64,000 nucleotides of DNA from an uncultured Candidatus Saccharibacteria bacterium (GCA_964450345.1 CAYVEL010000001.1:16671-80670); one strand, 5' to 3'; shown: positions 1 through 9,766, counted from the first letter of the stretch. Numbers and translations are program-made. Notes: generated by a model not told the origin, from the letters alone.

Positions 1-101
1 TCTATTTTTACATCATTAAGCAAAGAGGTAAAGGCGATTTTTTGTTCAGCTGGAACATGTGTAAGCGCACATGCAACATAGATTTTTAGAGGAGTTTTCA
101 T
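1..101 (-). CDS. partial hypothetical protein (N-terminal ~33 codons; gene continues past window edge)
   Basis: ATG at 99-101 on minus strand opens frame MKTPLKIYVACALTHVPAEQKIAFTSLLNDVKI with no stop before coordinate 1. Confidence 0.3.
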   Translation of the reverse strand, partial: MKTPLKIYVACALTHVPAEQKIAFTSLLNDVKI

Positions 102-522
102 ATATAAAATCTATCCTAAACTACAACCCCAGATTACGCAATGATGAAACCAAAATAAGATATTTTAAATAGCTTTTGCTTATTGAGTAATTAATTCAAT
201 ATGATATATTCAAAGTACTACTTCCCTTGAGTAAGGAACAGAAGTAGTCGTAGTTACTCAATCACCTGTGTTTTAGACGAAAAAATGAAGATCTCCAAAG
301 TAGTGGCAAGCGAAAGGAAGTAATTGCGGATCCACAATGCCGCAACGAAAACAAAAGATCTAATTTCCCCAGAGGCGGGAAACTAATCAACGTCAAAAAA
401 CTATATCTTAAAGATGACAGGTGGTTTTTTATTTATATACCAATGATGAGAATCGATCGCGGGTTCTTTTTGCTTCACTCGGAGCGAGACTGCGATCAGA
501 CTTTCGATTCCTGCCGGGCAAA

Positions 523-552
523 TAAAAAAGCGACTTTCGTCGCTTTTTTATT
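523..552. terminator. hairpin AAAAAAGCGACGAAAGTCGCTTTTTT flanked by A/T runs (bidirectional-looking, directly downstream of tRNA-Arg on minus strand)
   Basis: perfect GCGAC/GTCGC stem with T-run; seen in sequence. Confidence 0.6.
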
Positions 553-556
553 TATG

Positions 557-628
557 TGCCCCCGGCAGGAATCGAACCCACATCAATGCCTTAGAAGAGC
601 ACTGCTCTATCCATTGAGCTACGAGGGC
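557..628 (-). tRNA. tRNA-Arg (anticodon TCT)
   Basis: minus-strand cloverleaf GCCCTCG acceptor / D-arm GCTC-AATGGATA-GAGC / anticodon loop CTTCTAA (U33, TCT, A37) / T-loop GGTTCGATTCC; 7-bp acceptor pairs with CGGGGGC, discriminator A. Confidence 0.85.
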
Positions 629-713
629 ATATTGGCACAGGAATAAATCATAAATCATTTAGACTGTTTTGTAAAGTTCAGAGAAAACTTAGGGGCCTGT
701 ATAACACTTAAGT

Positions 714-1034
714 CTAAAGAGAAGGATCCGGTATCTTAGAATTCTTACCAGAAACAACATCAGTATATATCTGATTTTTAATAACCTGCCTAGATAACAC
801 ATCATCCATCCCCTTCTTATTTAGAGAGACATTATCTACTTGAACACTCTCAACACTTATTCTATCTTCTGACACAGAATTAAATAAACTTACAGAATAA
901 ATAATACAAGGAATTAAAATTAAAATGCAGGCATTAACTAAAATTATCCAATCTAAATCTGGATTTAGTCCAATATCAGAAAGGTTTATTTTTCTTGAGC
1001 TTCCTATTTTTTGTACAGAAAAATGTAATTTCAT
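714..1034 (-). CDS. small bitopic membrane protein, last gene of pilM/N/O-like operon (function unknown)
   Basis: 106-aa ORF with single central hydrophobic helix (WIILVNACILILIPCIIYSVSLF); 3-nt gap to upstream pilO-like gene. Confidence 0.45.
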   Translation of the reverse strand: MKLHFSVQKIGSSRKINLSDIGLNPDLDWIILVNACILILIPCIIYSVSLFNSVSEDRISVESVQVDNVSLNKKGMDDVLSRQVIKNQIYTDVVSGKNSKIPDPSL

Positions 1035-1037
1035 AAA

Positions 1038-1592
1038 TTATTTGCTTTTAGTTAGCACAGAGAAACTAATACCAGCACGCCACATCTGAACTTCATTTGG
1101 TTTAATTATTTCTGATCCAGTCTTATTGAATTGAACATTATTTAAAACAATCTTATAAGGAAGACTCTCTAGAGTTAAAACGAATCTGGTAACCTTATCC
1201 CAAGAACCAATAATATTTACATTGAAATCTAATTGTCCGACCAAAGCCTGCTGTTCATCTTTTTTAGTATTATCAGAAAGATTACCTATATCTAGCTTTA
1301 CCCCTACTAGGTCTGCCGTCTTTTCGATCTGCTCAATAAATTTAACAGTGTCGTTATAATCAACAAAAGACTGGTCAATTTTCTCTCTATCTCCCTTTGA
1401 ACTTAAACTCAAATTCTTAACACCTTTATAGTATTCAGACATTTTCTGCTTAGAAATCACATTGGTTATATTCGTATCAGCCTCAACTTTCATTGAAGAA
1501 ACCCTGTCTAAAAGAATGTAATTAAGAAATATAGATACTCCGAAGATACCTATTGATAAGACCAGTATTAATATGTATTTATTATTATTCAT
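1038..1592 (-). CDS. pilO: PilO-like type IV pilus assembly protein (bitopic, coiled-coil)
   Basis: N-terminal TM helix (YILILVLSIGIFGVSIFLNYIL) then periplasmic domain; position immediately after PilN-like gene in pilM-N-O order. Confidence 0.5.
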   Translation of the reverse strand: MNNNKYILILVLSIGIFGVSIFLNYILLDRVSSMKVEADTNITNVISKQKMSEYYKGVKNLSLSSKGDREKIDQSFVDYNDTVKFIEQIEKTADLVGVKLDIGNLSDNTKKDEQQALVGQLDFNVNIIGSWDKVTRFVLTLESLPYKIVLNNVQFNKTGSEIIKPNEVQMWRAGISFSVLTKSK

Positions 1593-1593
1593 A

Positions 1594-2127
1594 TTAGTAG
1601 TTTGTCTTTATTGTAAAAGAGAAGTTAATATTAGAGCTCTTAACAAAACCAGAAATGGGAACTGCTGGATCTCCGAACCTAGAATCAGCCTTCAATTTCT
1701 TAACAAAAGAATCTAAATCCTCTCTACTAGGAGCTAGAGCATCTCCAGAAATCACTATCTTTCCATCTGTGTCTCTTTTAGCAGAGACAGACTTAATCAC
1801 AATATTTTTCTTAAGAAGAATTAGATCCTTAATTGGTGCTGTTATAGAAATATCTTCCTTAACATTCAATTTATCTATTAATTCATTCGCATTTTTAATC
1901 TCAGAAATATACTTCTCCTCTTCTTCCCCAAGATTGTCTTTATCAGATTGTTTAAGTCTATTTTTTGCTTCATCCACCTTAACACTGCCATAAAAATAAG
2001 CTGGTAAATTAGAGAAAAAGAAAATTAGAGAAACAGCAGTAAGAGCAAAAAAACAAAGTGATACAAGCCTTAATCTGTATTGCGAAGTAATTATTTTCTT
2101 TTGTTGTTCTGGAATAAATGAAAACAT
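1594..2127 (-). CDS. pilN: PilN-like type IV pilus assembly protein
   Basis: N-terminal basic segment + single TM (LVSLCFFALTAVSLIFFFSNL) followed by coiled-coil; immediately downstream of pilM. Confidence 0.5.
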   Translation of the reverse strand: MFSFIPEQQKKIITSQYRLRLVSLCFFALTAVSLIFFFSNLPAYFYGSVKVDEAKNRLKQSDKDNLGEEEEKYISEIKNANELIDKLNVKEDISITAPIKDLILLKKNIVIKSVSAKRDTDGKIVISGDALAPSREDLDSFVKKLKADSRFGDPAVPISGFVKSSNINFSFTIKTNY

Positions 2128-2132
2128 ATATT

Positions 2133-3116
2133 TTATCTTCCTTTAATAGCTAAACCTATAGCTGTCGCAAACTTTAAAGATTCTTCCCTATTTATTTCTG
2201 GAGCCTGATGAGCGGTATCACAAATATTTACCCAGACATTCGCTACCTCTACAGTGGGTTTAGATACTTTTCTAAGTTTATCTACGAATTCACGATTATC
2301 AGCATTTCTACCACAAATAATTATAGTATCTATTTCCTTTGCTGGCTCTTTGCTATACCAATAAGATTCCACCATTTCAATCTCTCTAAACAAATAAGCT
2401 AGAGTATCTGGTTTTCCATCTATCATAAAGTTATCTGGAATTTCTTTATCTACTAAATTAATAGTAGAAGTGTATCGAACTATTCCGTCTGAAACTAAAA
2501 ATAGTCCGGCTGCGCGTTCGTTATAATCCACCACCACCTTATGACCCTTATCACCTCTATGGACTACTGCTCTAACTAGAGGTCTACCCTCCACTTCCAT
2601 GGAATGTGTAACGAAACCAGCCTCATTAATTACAGAACTGTAATCTTCTACTATTCTAGAATGCATAGCTGTTACTGATACGAAAACTTTTTCAGAATCC
2701 TTACCTCTCGTTTCGATAATATCAAATTCAAATAATGTCTCTGCGGGAGAAATTGGAATATTTTCTTCTAAAATAAATTCAATGTTTCTTTTTATTGTTT
2801 TATCATCTCCATTACCCACCTCAGCAGTGAAAAGAAAACTCTTTTCTTCAGGAAGAGATGCGTTTACATAGGGAGTAGGACTAATTTTTCTAAGCTTTTT
2901 TAAAGCTTCTACCATTTTTTGTCTATCTAAAATCTGTCCGGAATCCATGACACCCTTAGGGATTGGTACTTCTGCGTATTTACCTAAAACTAAACGTCCC
3001 CCCTTCTCTTTTATCTCTGTTAAAAACAAAGCTTCGTCGGTAATATCTAAACCGACCCAACTAATTTTCAGAAAATGTGGTGGAGGAAAAATTTTAGTTA
3101 GTGTATCTACGAGCAT
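2133..3116 (-). CDS. pilM: type IV pilus assembly ATPase-fold protein PilM
   Basis: 327 aa; N-terminal actin-like motif ISWVGLDITDEALFLTEIK...GKYAEVPIPKGVMDSGQI typical of PilM; followed by PilN/PilO-like bitopic genes. Confidence 0.7.
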   Translation of the reverse strand: MLVDTLTKIFPPPHFLKISWVGLDITDEALFLTEIKEKGGRLVLGKYAEVPIPKGVMDSGQILDRQKMVEALKKLRKISPTPYVNASLPEEKSFLFTAEVGNGDDKTIKRNIEFILEENIPISPAETLFEFDIIETRGKDSEKVFVSVTAMHSRIVEDYSSVINEAGFVTHSMEVEGRPLVRAVVHRGDKGHKVVVDYNERAAGLFLVSDGIVRYTSTINLVDKEIPDNFMIDGKPDTLAYLFREIEMVESYWYSKEPAKEIDTIIICGRNADNREFVDKLRKVSKPTVEVANVWVNICDTAHQAPEINREESLKFATAIGLAIKGR

Positions 3117-3133
3117 TGTAAATTAATTATACA

Positions 3134-3742
3134 CTACTTTACTGCTCTTTTTTCTTTGATTATGTGGAATATTGGAGGGAGTATCGAAAGCAATATAATT
3201 AGCGCGATTATCGGTAATAAATATTTATCAATATCCGGAATCATTCTACCGAGTGTAAATCCAGCCATTGTCACACCCACAATCCATATAAAACCACCGA
3301 CAATATTGTATCTTAAGAAGACACTATAATTCATTTTTCCTATACCAGCTAAAATCGGTGCGAAAGTTCTGACCACAGGCACGAATCTGGCTAATATTAT
3401 GGTCTTTTTACCATGTTTATCATAAAACTTCTGAGCTTGTTCTACGCGTTTTTTACTAAAAAATAATGATTCTTCTTTAGTGAAAAATTTCTGTCCCATC
3501 TTCCTACCGAAAGCATATCCAGTCGAATCTCCTAAAACAGCAGCGACAAAACCTACTATTAGCAAAACAGTTAAATCCAAATAACCCTTAGAAGCAAAAA
3601 GTCCGGCTGTGAACAAAAGAGAATCCCCGGGTAAGAAAAAACCAATAAGTAATCCAGACTCTGCAAAAATAGCAACTATAACCCCTACCAGACCGAGAGA
3701 TGAAATAATAAATTTTGGATCAAGTAAATCTGTAAGGTTCAT
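3134..3742 (-). CDS. dedA: DedA/VTT-family membrane protein
   Basis: motif FAESGLLIGFFLPGDSLLFTAG and polytopic hydrophobic profile characteristic of DedA/SNARE-associated family. Confidence 0.8.
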   Translation of the reverse strand: MNLTDLLDPKFIISSLGLVGVIVAIFAESGLLIGFFLPGDSLLFTAGLFASKGYLDLTVLLIVGFVAAVLGDSTGYAFGRKMGQKFFTKEESLFFSKKRVEQAQKFYDKHGKKTIILARFVPVVRTFAPILAGIGKMNYSVFLRYNIVGGFIWIVGVTMAGFTLGRMIPDIDKYLLPIIALIILLSILPPIFHIIKEKRAVK

Positions 3743-3782
3743 AAAGTTCTTTATCTATATTTTGTTTATTTTTTACTAAACT

Positions 3783-4151
3783 TTATTTAGCCTTAGTTCC
3801 TGCTGGAATATTAGAAGGTTCAAGTAAAGAAAAGGCACCCTCTGGAGTAGATACAGCCAGAATCATTCCGTTACTCTCTAGCCCTCTAATAGTACGAGGC
3901 TCTAGGTTAGTGACGAACATGCATGTTTTACCTACAAGCACTAGAGGATCAGGATAATATAGAGAAATTCCAGAAACTATCTGACGAGGAGCAGGAACTG
4001 TGCTTTTCTCCCCTGTTTCAGAAATCACCTCTTTAGTTTCATTAAAATCCACCACCAATCTAAGTAGCTTATCTGCATTAAGAACCTTTTCAGCACTCAA
4101 TATTTTACCGGCTGTAATTTCTACTTTAGAAAATTCGTCGTAATTAATCAT
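3783..4151 (-). CDS. tRNA-binding domain protein (CsaA/Trbp111/MetG C-terminal-like)
   Basis: 122 aa; FSKVEITAGKILSAEKV..ADKLLRLVVDFNE...RQIVSGISLYYPDPLVLVGKTCMFVTNLEPRTIRGLESNGMILA matches OB-fold tRNA-binding domain pattern. Confidence 0.7.
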   Translation of the reverse strand: MINYDEFSKVEITAGKILSAEKVLNADKLLRLVVDFNETKEVISETGEKSTVPAPRQIVSGISLYYPDPLVLVGKTCMFVTNLEPRTIRGLESNGMILAVSTPEGAFSLLEPSNIPAGTKAK

Positions 4152-4194
4152 ATTTATTTTATTTATTCTTTATATATTAAATTTAAATTTAAAT

Positions 4195-4593
4195 TTATTT
4201 CTTACCATTGTGATTATTAACTGTATCCATATAACTCTGAAGAATAATCGCGGCGGCGGAAGCATCAAGCATATGATTCTTTCCCTGCAATCTTTCAGCT
4301 TGCATACTAGTTAGAAATTCTGGATGAAAAACTGTTTTTAATTTTAAATCATTTTCGAGTTTAGCCTTAAAGTCTTTAACTTGTCCCATTATCTTATTCT
4401 CTTTTCCTGAATAATCGCGAGATTCACCAATAACTACAAGTTCAATATCATGATCAGAACAAAGCTCTCCTACTCTACTAACTAAACTCTTATTATTTTC
4501 AAAAACCTCGAAAGGAAAAGCTATAGTCTTAGCCTCATCTGAAAAAGCGAGCCCCACCCTCTTCTCTCCGAAATCTATACCTAAATATTTCAT
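4195..4593 (-). CDS. ruvX: Holliday-junction resolvase-like RNase YqgF/RuvX
   Basis: N-terminus MKYLGIDFGEKRVGLAFSDE and ~130-aa length typical of YqgF/RuvX. Confidence 0.85.
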   Translation of the reverse strand: MKYLGIDFGEKRVGLAFSDEAKTIAFPFEVFENNKSLVSRVGELCSDHDIELVVIGESRDYSGKENKIMGQVKDFKAKLENDLKLKTVFHPEFLTSMQAERLQGKNHMLDASAAAIILQSYMDTVNNHNGKK

Positions 4594-4715
4594 ATATTTC
4601 TATTATAACCGTAATGCTATCTAAAGGCTAAACCCCTAAAACCACGCCGTTCTAAAATCTAGCTTAACTCTTCCATTTTAAATAAAATATGATAATATAA
4701 CTTTCCATAAGATAT

Positions 4716-4805
4716 GGAGGAGTGCCAGAGTGGTCTAATGGAACAGTCTTGAAAACTGTCGCCTTCGCAAGGGGGCCGTGAGTTCGAATCTCACCTCCTC
4801 CGCCA
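4716..4805 (+). tRNA. tRNA-Ser (anticodon TGA), CCA encoded
   Basis: GGAGGAG acceptor, anticodon stem ACAGT/ACTGT with loop CTTGAAA, long variable arm, T-loop GAGTTCGAATCTC, 3' CTCCTCC-G-CCA. Confidence 0.85.
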
Positions 4806-5009
4806 AATTAAAAACAACTGACTTCTGTCAGTTGTTTTTAATTTCGGAGAATAGGTATGATGAGAAAGGCGGAGGTATATTGCGAGCAGAAGCGAGCAAT
4901 ACCGAGCCGGGACCGCGGAAATTTTCAAGCGGCAGCGAGAAAATTATCCGTGGTCGAATCTCACCACCAAACCCTAGACTTCCTCCCCATTAAGCGCGAC
5001 AATACACTA

Positions 5010-5477
5010 ATGAAAAAAGCCACCATAACCTTCTGTGTGAAAGACGACCAGGTCTTACTAGCCATGAAAAAAATCAGCTTCGGATCAGGAAAGCTTAATG
5101 GTTATGGAGGAAAAATCGAACTAAACGAAACTCCAGTAAACGCAGCAGTCCGTGAATTAAGAGAAGAATCTGGACTCATCGCTGACCCTAAAGACTTAAG
5201 ACAAGTAGCTCTAATTAATTTTTATTTTGCTGGAGAAGCTATTTTTGAATGCTATATTTTTATAACAAATAAATGGACTGGTGAAGCAATAGAAACTGAA
5301 GAGATGTCACTACCAAAATATTATCCAATCTCTAATCTCCCCTTCGACCAAATGTGGGCTGCTGATACAAAGTGGATTCCTCTGATCTTAAATGGCGAAA
5401 CAATAGCCGCTGATATAGACTTCAGTAAGGATGGAAAAGTCGTAAATAGGTTTGAATATAAGGCTAAAATCTTCTAA
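5010..5477 (+). CDS. NUDIX hydrolase (MutT-like)
   Basis: Nudix box GGKIELNETPVNAAVRELREESGL; start moved to internal MKKATITF (ORF-track start 4857 would overlap tRNA-Ser terminator region). Confidence 0.8.
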   Translation: MKKATITFCVKDDQVLLAMKKISFGSGKLNGYGGKIELNETPVNAAVRELREESGLIADPKDLRQVALINFYFAGEAIFECYIFITNKWTGEAIETEEMSLPKYYPISNLPFDQMWAADTKWIPLILNGETIAADIDFSKDGKVVNRFEYKAKIF

Positions 5478-5543
5478 TTTTATCCCTATAAATAAAGCAC
5501 TTTATATAGTATCATTGATATAAATTAAATTCATATCAAATCG

Positions 5544-8500
5544 ATGACTAAAAACATTGTGTACTGTTTTATAGCCGTGCTAGCAATACTAACTATTTCC
5601 AAAGCTAATATTGCGATGGCTTATGACACAGTCATGCCTCCTTGTTATGTATATAATTCATCCCTATATACTAGTGGTACACAAAACATAACTCTTTTCT
5701 TAAAAGACGGAACTACAAAATCTGCAACAATAGCAAATCAGTCTACTCCCACAATATTAAGTAAAATCGGTTTTACAGCTAATAAAACATATTCCAATGG
5801 ACAGACAACTACATGTGCTACAGAAGCTTGGTGGTCATATTATCCAAACTACTGGTTAGCCAACACATGGATAAATAAAGAAATAACTCTATCAAACAAT
5901 ACAAGCGTTACATTTGATGGCTTCCCTGTCTGGATTAAAGATATAGTTAACGAAATACCAACAAACAGTTACAGCACAGACGGATATGGTTCTTACTGGT
6001 TCGACATTGACCCTTTTGTATATAACGGAATCGGAGATTTAAAAAATATAGCCGATGAAGATGCCGTTATTAAAGATATCGACACCAATAAAAAAATAAA
6101 CTTCAAACTAGGAAGTTCTGTTTCATATGATGTATCTAATTACACAGTAGATCAATCTGTATGGCCAAATAAAGAATATGACTTAATGTCAGCCCCTGCT
6201 ACCAACTGTGCCCTACTATCGGGAAACGCATCTAGTGATTCAATCAAAGTGGTATTCATGAGAAATGATGACACCGACGGAGTTTCTGATTTCCTAGACC
6301 AGGCATTAAAAATGAGAGACGGTATGGTCTCGAGAGTAGAAAATCCAGCTATATATACTTTTTACGCAGACTTAAAAAAGTGGCCAAAATCTAGTTCGAT
6401 AAGTTCAAGCTGTGGAACTGCTAATCAGTATATTTATATACCAAATGAAACTTATGTAATCACAGTTGCTGGTGGAATAACAAAGACAGTAAATGATCCA
6501 ATATTCTCTTGGGTTGATGCGAATATTACTAAGCCAAACGGTTTCGATCCTACAATAAGAATTCCTTCTTGGGGACACAGCGTGGCTCACAATACAAATC
6601 TTCTTCGTAAATATATTGAGTTAGGATTAGCTAGTGGTAAAAAAGTATTAGTCTTAGGTCATTCTATGGGTTCCCTAATCGCATACAATGTAATTACTAA
6701 AGAATATCAGGGTCAACCAGTAGTTGGAGTATATATTGATCCACCATACGCAGAAGATATATACAATGTAGTATTTTCAAGAATGATACCTGGAGTTTCT
6801 ACATTATTTAACAATGCATTAGCTGGAGGTATAGCTACTGACCCTGGATCAGAAATATGGACTCAAGGTAGAGGTCTAGTAAAAATGTGGACTCATGACC
6901 CATTCGGTCACGCTACATGGGACTCTACGATCATAGCCAACCTTCAACATCTAGCTAATTTCGTAAACGGACCTAGACTAATTGCTTTAAATAATTCCAC
7001 AATATCCCCTACTATACCAAGTGCACAAACAGCAATGGTAGACGCTCCTATTATTAAAAATTATTCTGCTGACTATGTAGACGGAGGAACTCTTGCGCCG
7101 GGTAAAAATCTAAAAATATATGCCGACAATCTAAGTCAGTATGGTAATAATATCTACATAGAAAATAAAATAGACCCTTCTATATCGTATTCTTTCTACG
7201 GACTACTACCTACTGATAATTACCTAAACATCACGCTTCCAGATATGCCGGATATAACCACAGAAACAGAACCAGGAGATTACTATGTTTACATAAGCGG
7301 ACGTGATAGCGAATTTTCAACACCAATCACAATTACAATAGATAGCGAGACCACTATTCCAGCTCCTACTATTTCAACAATATCAGGTACAACAGTACAA
7401 GGTGGTACAGTTACAGTGACAGGATCTGGATTTAATATTGGTAAAAATAACGTACGATTAGTAGTAGCCAACCCATCTGGAACAGTGAACAGTTTCAGTC
7501 ATCAAGTAGCGAACGCGCTAAGTGCATTTTGGGAAATGACAAAATCATTCTTCACCACCTCAAAAGCTCATAGCCAGACAGCATCAGTAGTACCTTACTA
7601 TGTCACAACAGCAGATTCTATAGACGGAAGATCTATAACATTTTCAATTCCTAATGACATAGCTCCAGGAAAATATACTGTTCAAGTTTCTCAACCAAAT
7701 GGAACATGGAGTGACGGATCTGTTATATCAATAGAAAAATCTTCATCTGGAAATACAGGAAGTGGTAGCGGAACAGTCATAGATGCTTCAACACCTACAA
7801 TGATATATAGATGTGACAGTACTTATGGATATTCTTTCAGAGACGAGAACCCAAACAAGGCTAACAACTACTCATTATTTAAAGATAAATATCTTTGTTA
7901 CAAAGCGAATGGTCAATCTGAAAACCCCCTTGAAGTAGGTTTAATATGTACAGATAACGGATACACCCTATATAGAAATAACAAAACTTGTTTATCAACA
8001 AAAACAGGTATAGATATACCTGTAACAGGAGCTAAAGCAACATATACATGTTCTTTAAATTGGTCGAAAACAGCTGTTCCAAACTTCTGTGTTAATTACT
8101 TAGGAAAGTGGGACTATGCCAATGAAACTCTATCCTGTCCTATTGGATACAACCTACAAAACAACAAGTGTTATATAAATAACATTAAAGGTCTAACAGC
8201 AAAATCAACAGAACTAGGAAAAGTATCCATCAGCTGGGATAAAAATATAATTCTTTTTGCAAAGTCATTTGTCATAGAAAGAGCAATATCTTCAACTAGC
8301 CCATTTTCATCTATTGCAACAATAAACGCTTCTTCAACAAGCTATATTGATATCAATCTTCCATATGACACTTCGTATGCATACAGAGCAAAAGTAATCA
8401 GAACAAACGATCAATATTCTTCATCTTCAAATATCGCGAGCGTAACAGTAAAAGGATACTCTGCACCTGTAGTATCAAAAGGATCCACAGCAATAACCGC

Positions 8501-9434
8501 AACATCAATTCCTATAATCATTAAAAGCACCGAAAAAGTTCCTTACTTTAATGTGTACACCTCATCATCTACAACCCTAGTAGCCAAAGCTACATCAACA
8601 CTAACAATTAGTAATCTAAGCCCAACTACAAAATACTGCTTCGTAGCATCAGGATATGTAAATGATAATTACTCAACAAAACTATCAGCACCATATTGTG
8701 CAACAACCCTATCTCCTATTGCGCCCGTATCTCTATCAATCGCAAGCAATAGTAGCGGTAAAATAAAACTGGCTTGGAGTAATAATAACGCAAAAAGTTT
8801 CAATTATATTTCTATAGAAAGAAGTATTGGAACAACAACTAACTTCTCAGAAATAGGAAACTCAACATCAACATACTATATAGATTCAACAGTTAGTCCA
8901 AAAACAAATTACTACTATAGAGTAAGAATTTCATATCCTTTTGGTTTTAGTGCATATTCAAATATCAAGCCAGTAACAACAGGAAGCTGGACTGTAACAA
9001 CTAATACTGCTACAACATCAACAGTTGTATCTAAATTAGTAACCAAAACAGCAACATCAACAGACAGTACTCAAACTAATACGATCAATGAATCGAAAAC
9101 ATCAGTAACCACAGAAAACAACATAACAGTAACGCCTACCCCAACTCCTACTTCTACTCCTGTTCCAACATCAACCCCTACTCCAACCCCTACACCTACA
9201 ACAAGCTCAACAATAATTAAAAAAGCCACAATAAGCGGCTATACATGTCCCATTGGTTATACATATAACACCGTATCCAAAACATGTAAAACAAATAGCA
9301 CTCGTACAAACACTGAGAGCACAAACCACGCAACACCCACACAAGCGCCAACAATAGTAAGCCCTATTCCTATATACTCTTGTCCTTCTGGATACACACT
9401 AAATACAGTTACAGCAACCTGTAGTAAGCATTAA
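5544..9434 (+). CDS. giant secreted/surface protein: signal peptide + lipase-like alpha/beta-hydrolase segment (GHSMG) + 3 FN3-like repeats + Thr/Pro linker + repeated Cys motifs
   Basis: N-terminal signal peptide (MTKNIVYCFIAVLAILTISKANIAMA); WGHS...KKVLVLGHSMGSLIAY nucleophile-elbow motif near nt 6560-6680; FN3-like W...Y.Y repeats at ~8190-8990; TPTPTPTSTPVPTSTPTPTPTPTT linker ~9130-9215; CPxGY(T/N)xN..C motifs x3. Confidence 0.75.
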   Translation: MTKNIVYCFIAVLAILTISKANIAMAYDTVMPPCYVYNSSLYTSGTQNITLFLKDGTTKSATIANQSTPTILSKIGFTANKTYSNGQTTTCATEAWWSYYPNYWLANTWINKEITLSNNTSVTFDGFPVWIKDIVNEIPTNSYSTDGYGSYWFDIDPFVYNGIGDLKNIADEDAVIKDIDTNKKINFKLGSSVSYDVSNYTVDQSVWPNKEYDLMSAPATNCALLSGNASSDSIKVVFMRNDDTDGVSDFLDQALKMRDGMVSRVENPAIYTFYADLKKWPKSSSISSSCGTANQYIYIPNETYVITVAGGITKTVNDPIFSWVDANITKPNGFDPTIRIPSWGHSVAHNTNLLRKYIELGLASGKKVLVLGHSMGSLIAYNVITKEYQGQPVVGVYIDPPYAEDIYNVVFSRMIPGVSTLFNNALAGGIATDPGSEIWTQGRGLVKMWTHDPFGHATWDSTIIANLQHLANFVNGPRLIALNNSTISPTIPSAQTAMVDAPIIKNYSADYVDGGTLAPGKNLKIYADNLSQYGNNIYIENKIDPSISYSFYGLLPTDNYLNITLPDMPDITTETEPGDYYVYISGRDSEFSTPITITIDSETTIPAPTISTISGTTVQGGTVTVTGSGFNIGKNNVRLVVANPSGTVNSFSHQVANALSAFWEMTKSFFTTSKAHSQTASVVPYYVTTADSIDGRSITFSIPNDIAPGKYTVQVSQPNGTWSDGSVISIEKSSSGNTGSGSGTVIDASTPTMIYRCDSTYGYSFRDENPNKANNYSLFKDKYLCYKANGQSENPLEVGLICTDNGYTLYRNNKTCLSTKTGIDIPVTGAKATYTCSLNWSKTAVPNFCVNYLGKWDYANETLSCPIGYNLQNNKCYINNIKGLTAKSTELGKVSISWDKNIILFAKSFVIERAISSTSPFSSIATINASSTSYIDINLPYDTSYAYRAKVIRTNDQYSSSSNIASVTVKGYSAPVVSKGSTAITATSIPIIIKSTEKVPYFNVYTSSSTTLVAKATSTLTISNLSPTTKYCFVASGYVNDNYSTKLSAPYCATTLSPIAPVSLSIASNSSGKIKLAWSNNNAKSFNYISIERSIGTTTNFSEIGNSTSTYYIDSTVSPKTNYYYRVRISYPFGFSAYSNIKPVTTGSWTVTTNTATTSTVVSKLVTKTATSTDSTQTNTINESKTSVTTENNITVTPTPTPTSTPVPTSTPTPTPTPTTSSTIIKKATISGYTCPIGYTYNTVSKTCKTNSTRTNTESTNHATPTQAPTIVSPIPIYSCPSGYTLNTVTATCSKH

Positions 9435-9766
9435 TTTTTAAGGTATTTTTCTCCGTACTTCCTCATAACATCCACCACCCCAGCGAGATGTTTACCTTTC
9501 TCTGTCATTTTATATTCTACTTTTGGTGGCATGCCTCCAAAATCGTTTCTGTTAATTAAACCTTCTTCTTCCATAACCTTCAGTTTATTAGAAAGAGTTC
9601 TAGAACTGATTCCATCTAACCCACTAAGCAAATCACCAAAACGCTTTGATCCACCAAGCAGATCTCTGACAATCAAAATAATCCAGGTATCACCAATAAG
9701 TGATGCTACCCTGGCAATTGGACATGGAGCACAGAGCTTTTTGTATGTCTTTTCGCTTCTTAACAT
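9431..9766 (-). CDS. HxlR-family winged-helix transcriptional regulator
   Basis: CPIARVASLIGDTWIILIVRDLLGGSKRFGDLLSGLDGISSRTLSNKLKVMEEEGLINR...PPKVEYKMTEKG matches HxlR/MarR-like DUF24 pattern; divergent from nitroreductase. Confidence 0.85.
   Translation of the reverse strand: MLRSEKTYKKLCAPCPIARVASLIGDTWIILIVRDLLGGSKRFGDLLSGLDGISSRTLSNKLKVMEEEGLINRNDFGGMPPKVEYKMTEKGKHLAGVVDVMRKYGEKYLKN

Noticed and set aside
443-646. 67-aa plus-strand ORF
   Set aside because: Reads straight through the minus-strand tRNA-Arg(TCT) gene and its terminator; typical tRNA-translation artefact (..ESNPH..).
1655-1993. 112-aa plus-strand ORF antisense to pilN-like gene
   Set aside because: Low-complexity antisense frame; no RBS or independent support.
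4778-4993. 71-aa plus-strand ORF
   Set aside because: Begins inside tRNA-Ser(TGA) and covers the nudix upstream leader; no coding signal.
9130-9215. Short tandem ACNCCN repeats as possible CRISPR/VNTR
   Set aside because: In-frame Thr/Pro codon repeats inside the giant surface protein gene; coding low-complexity linker, not a CRISPR array.
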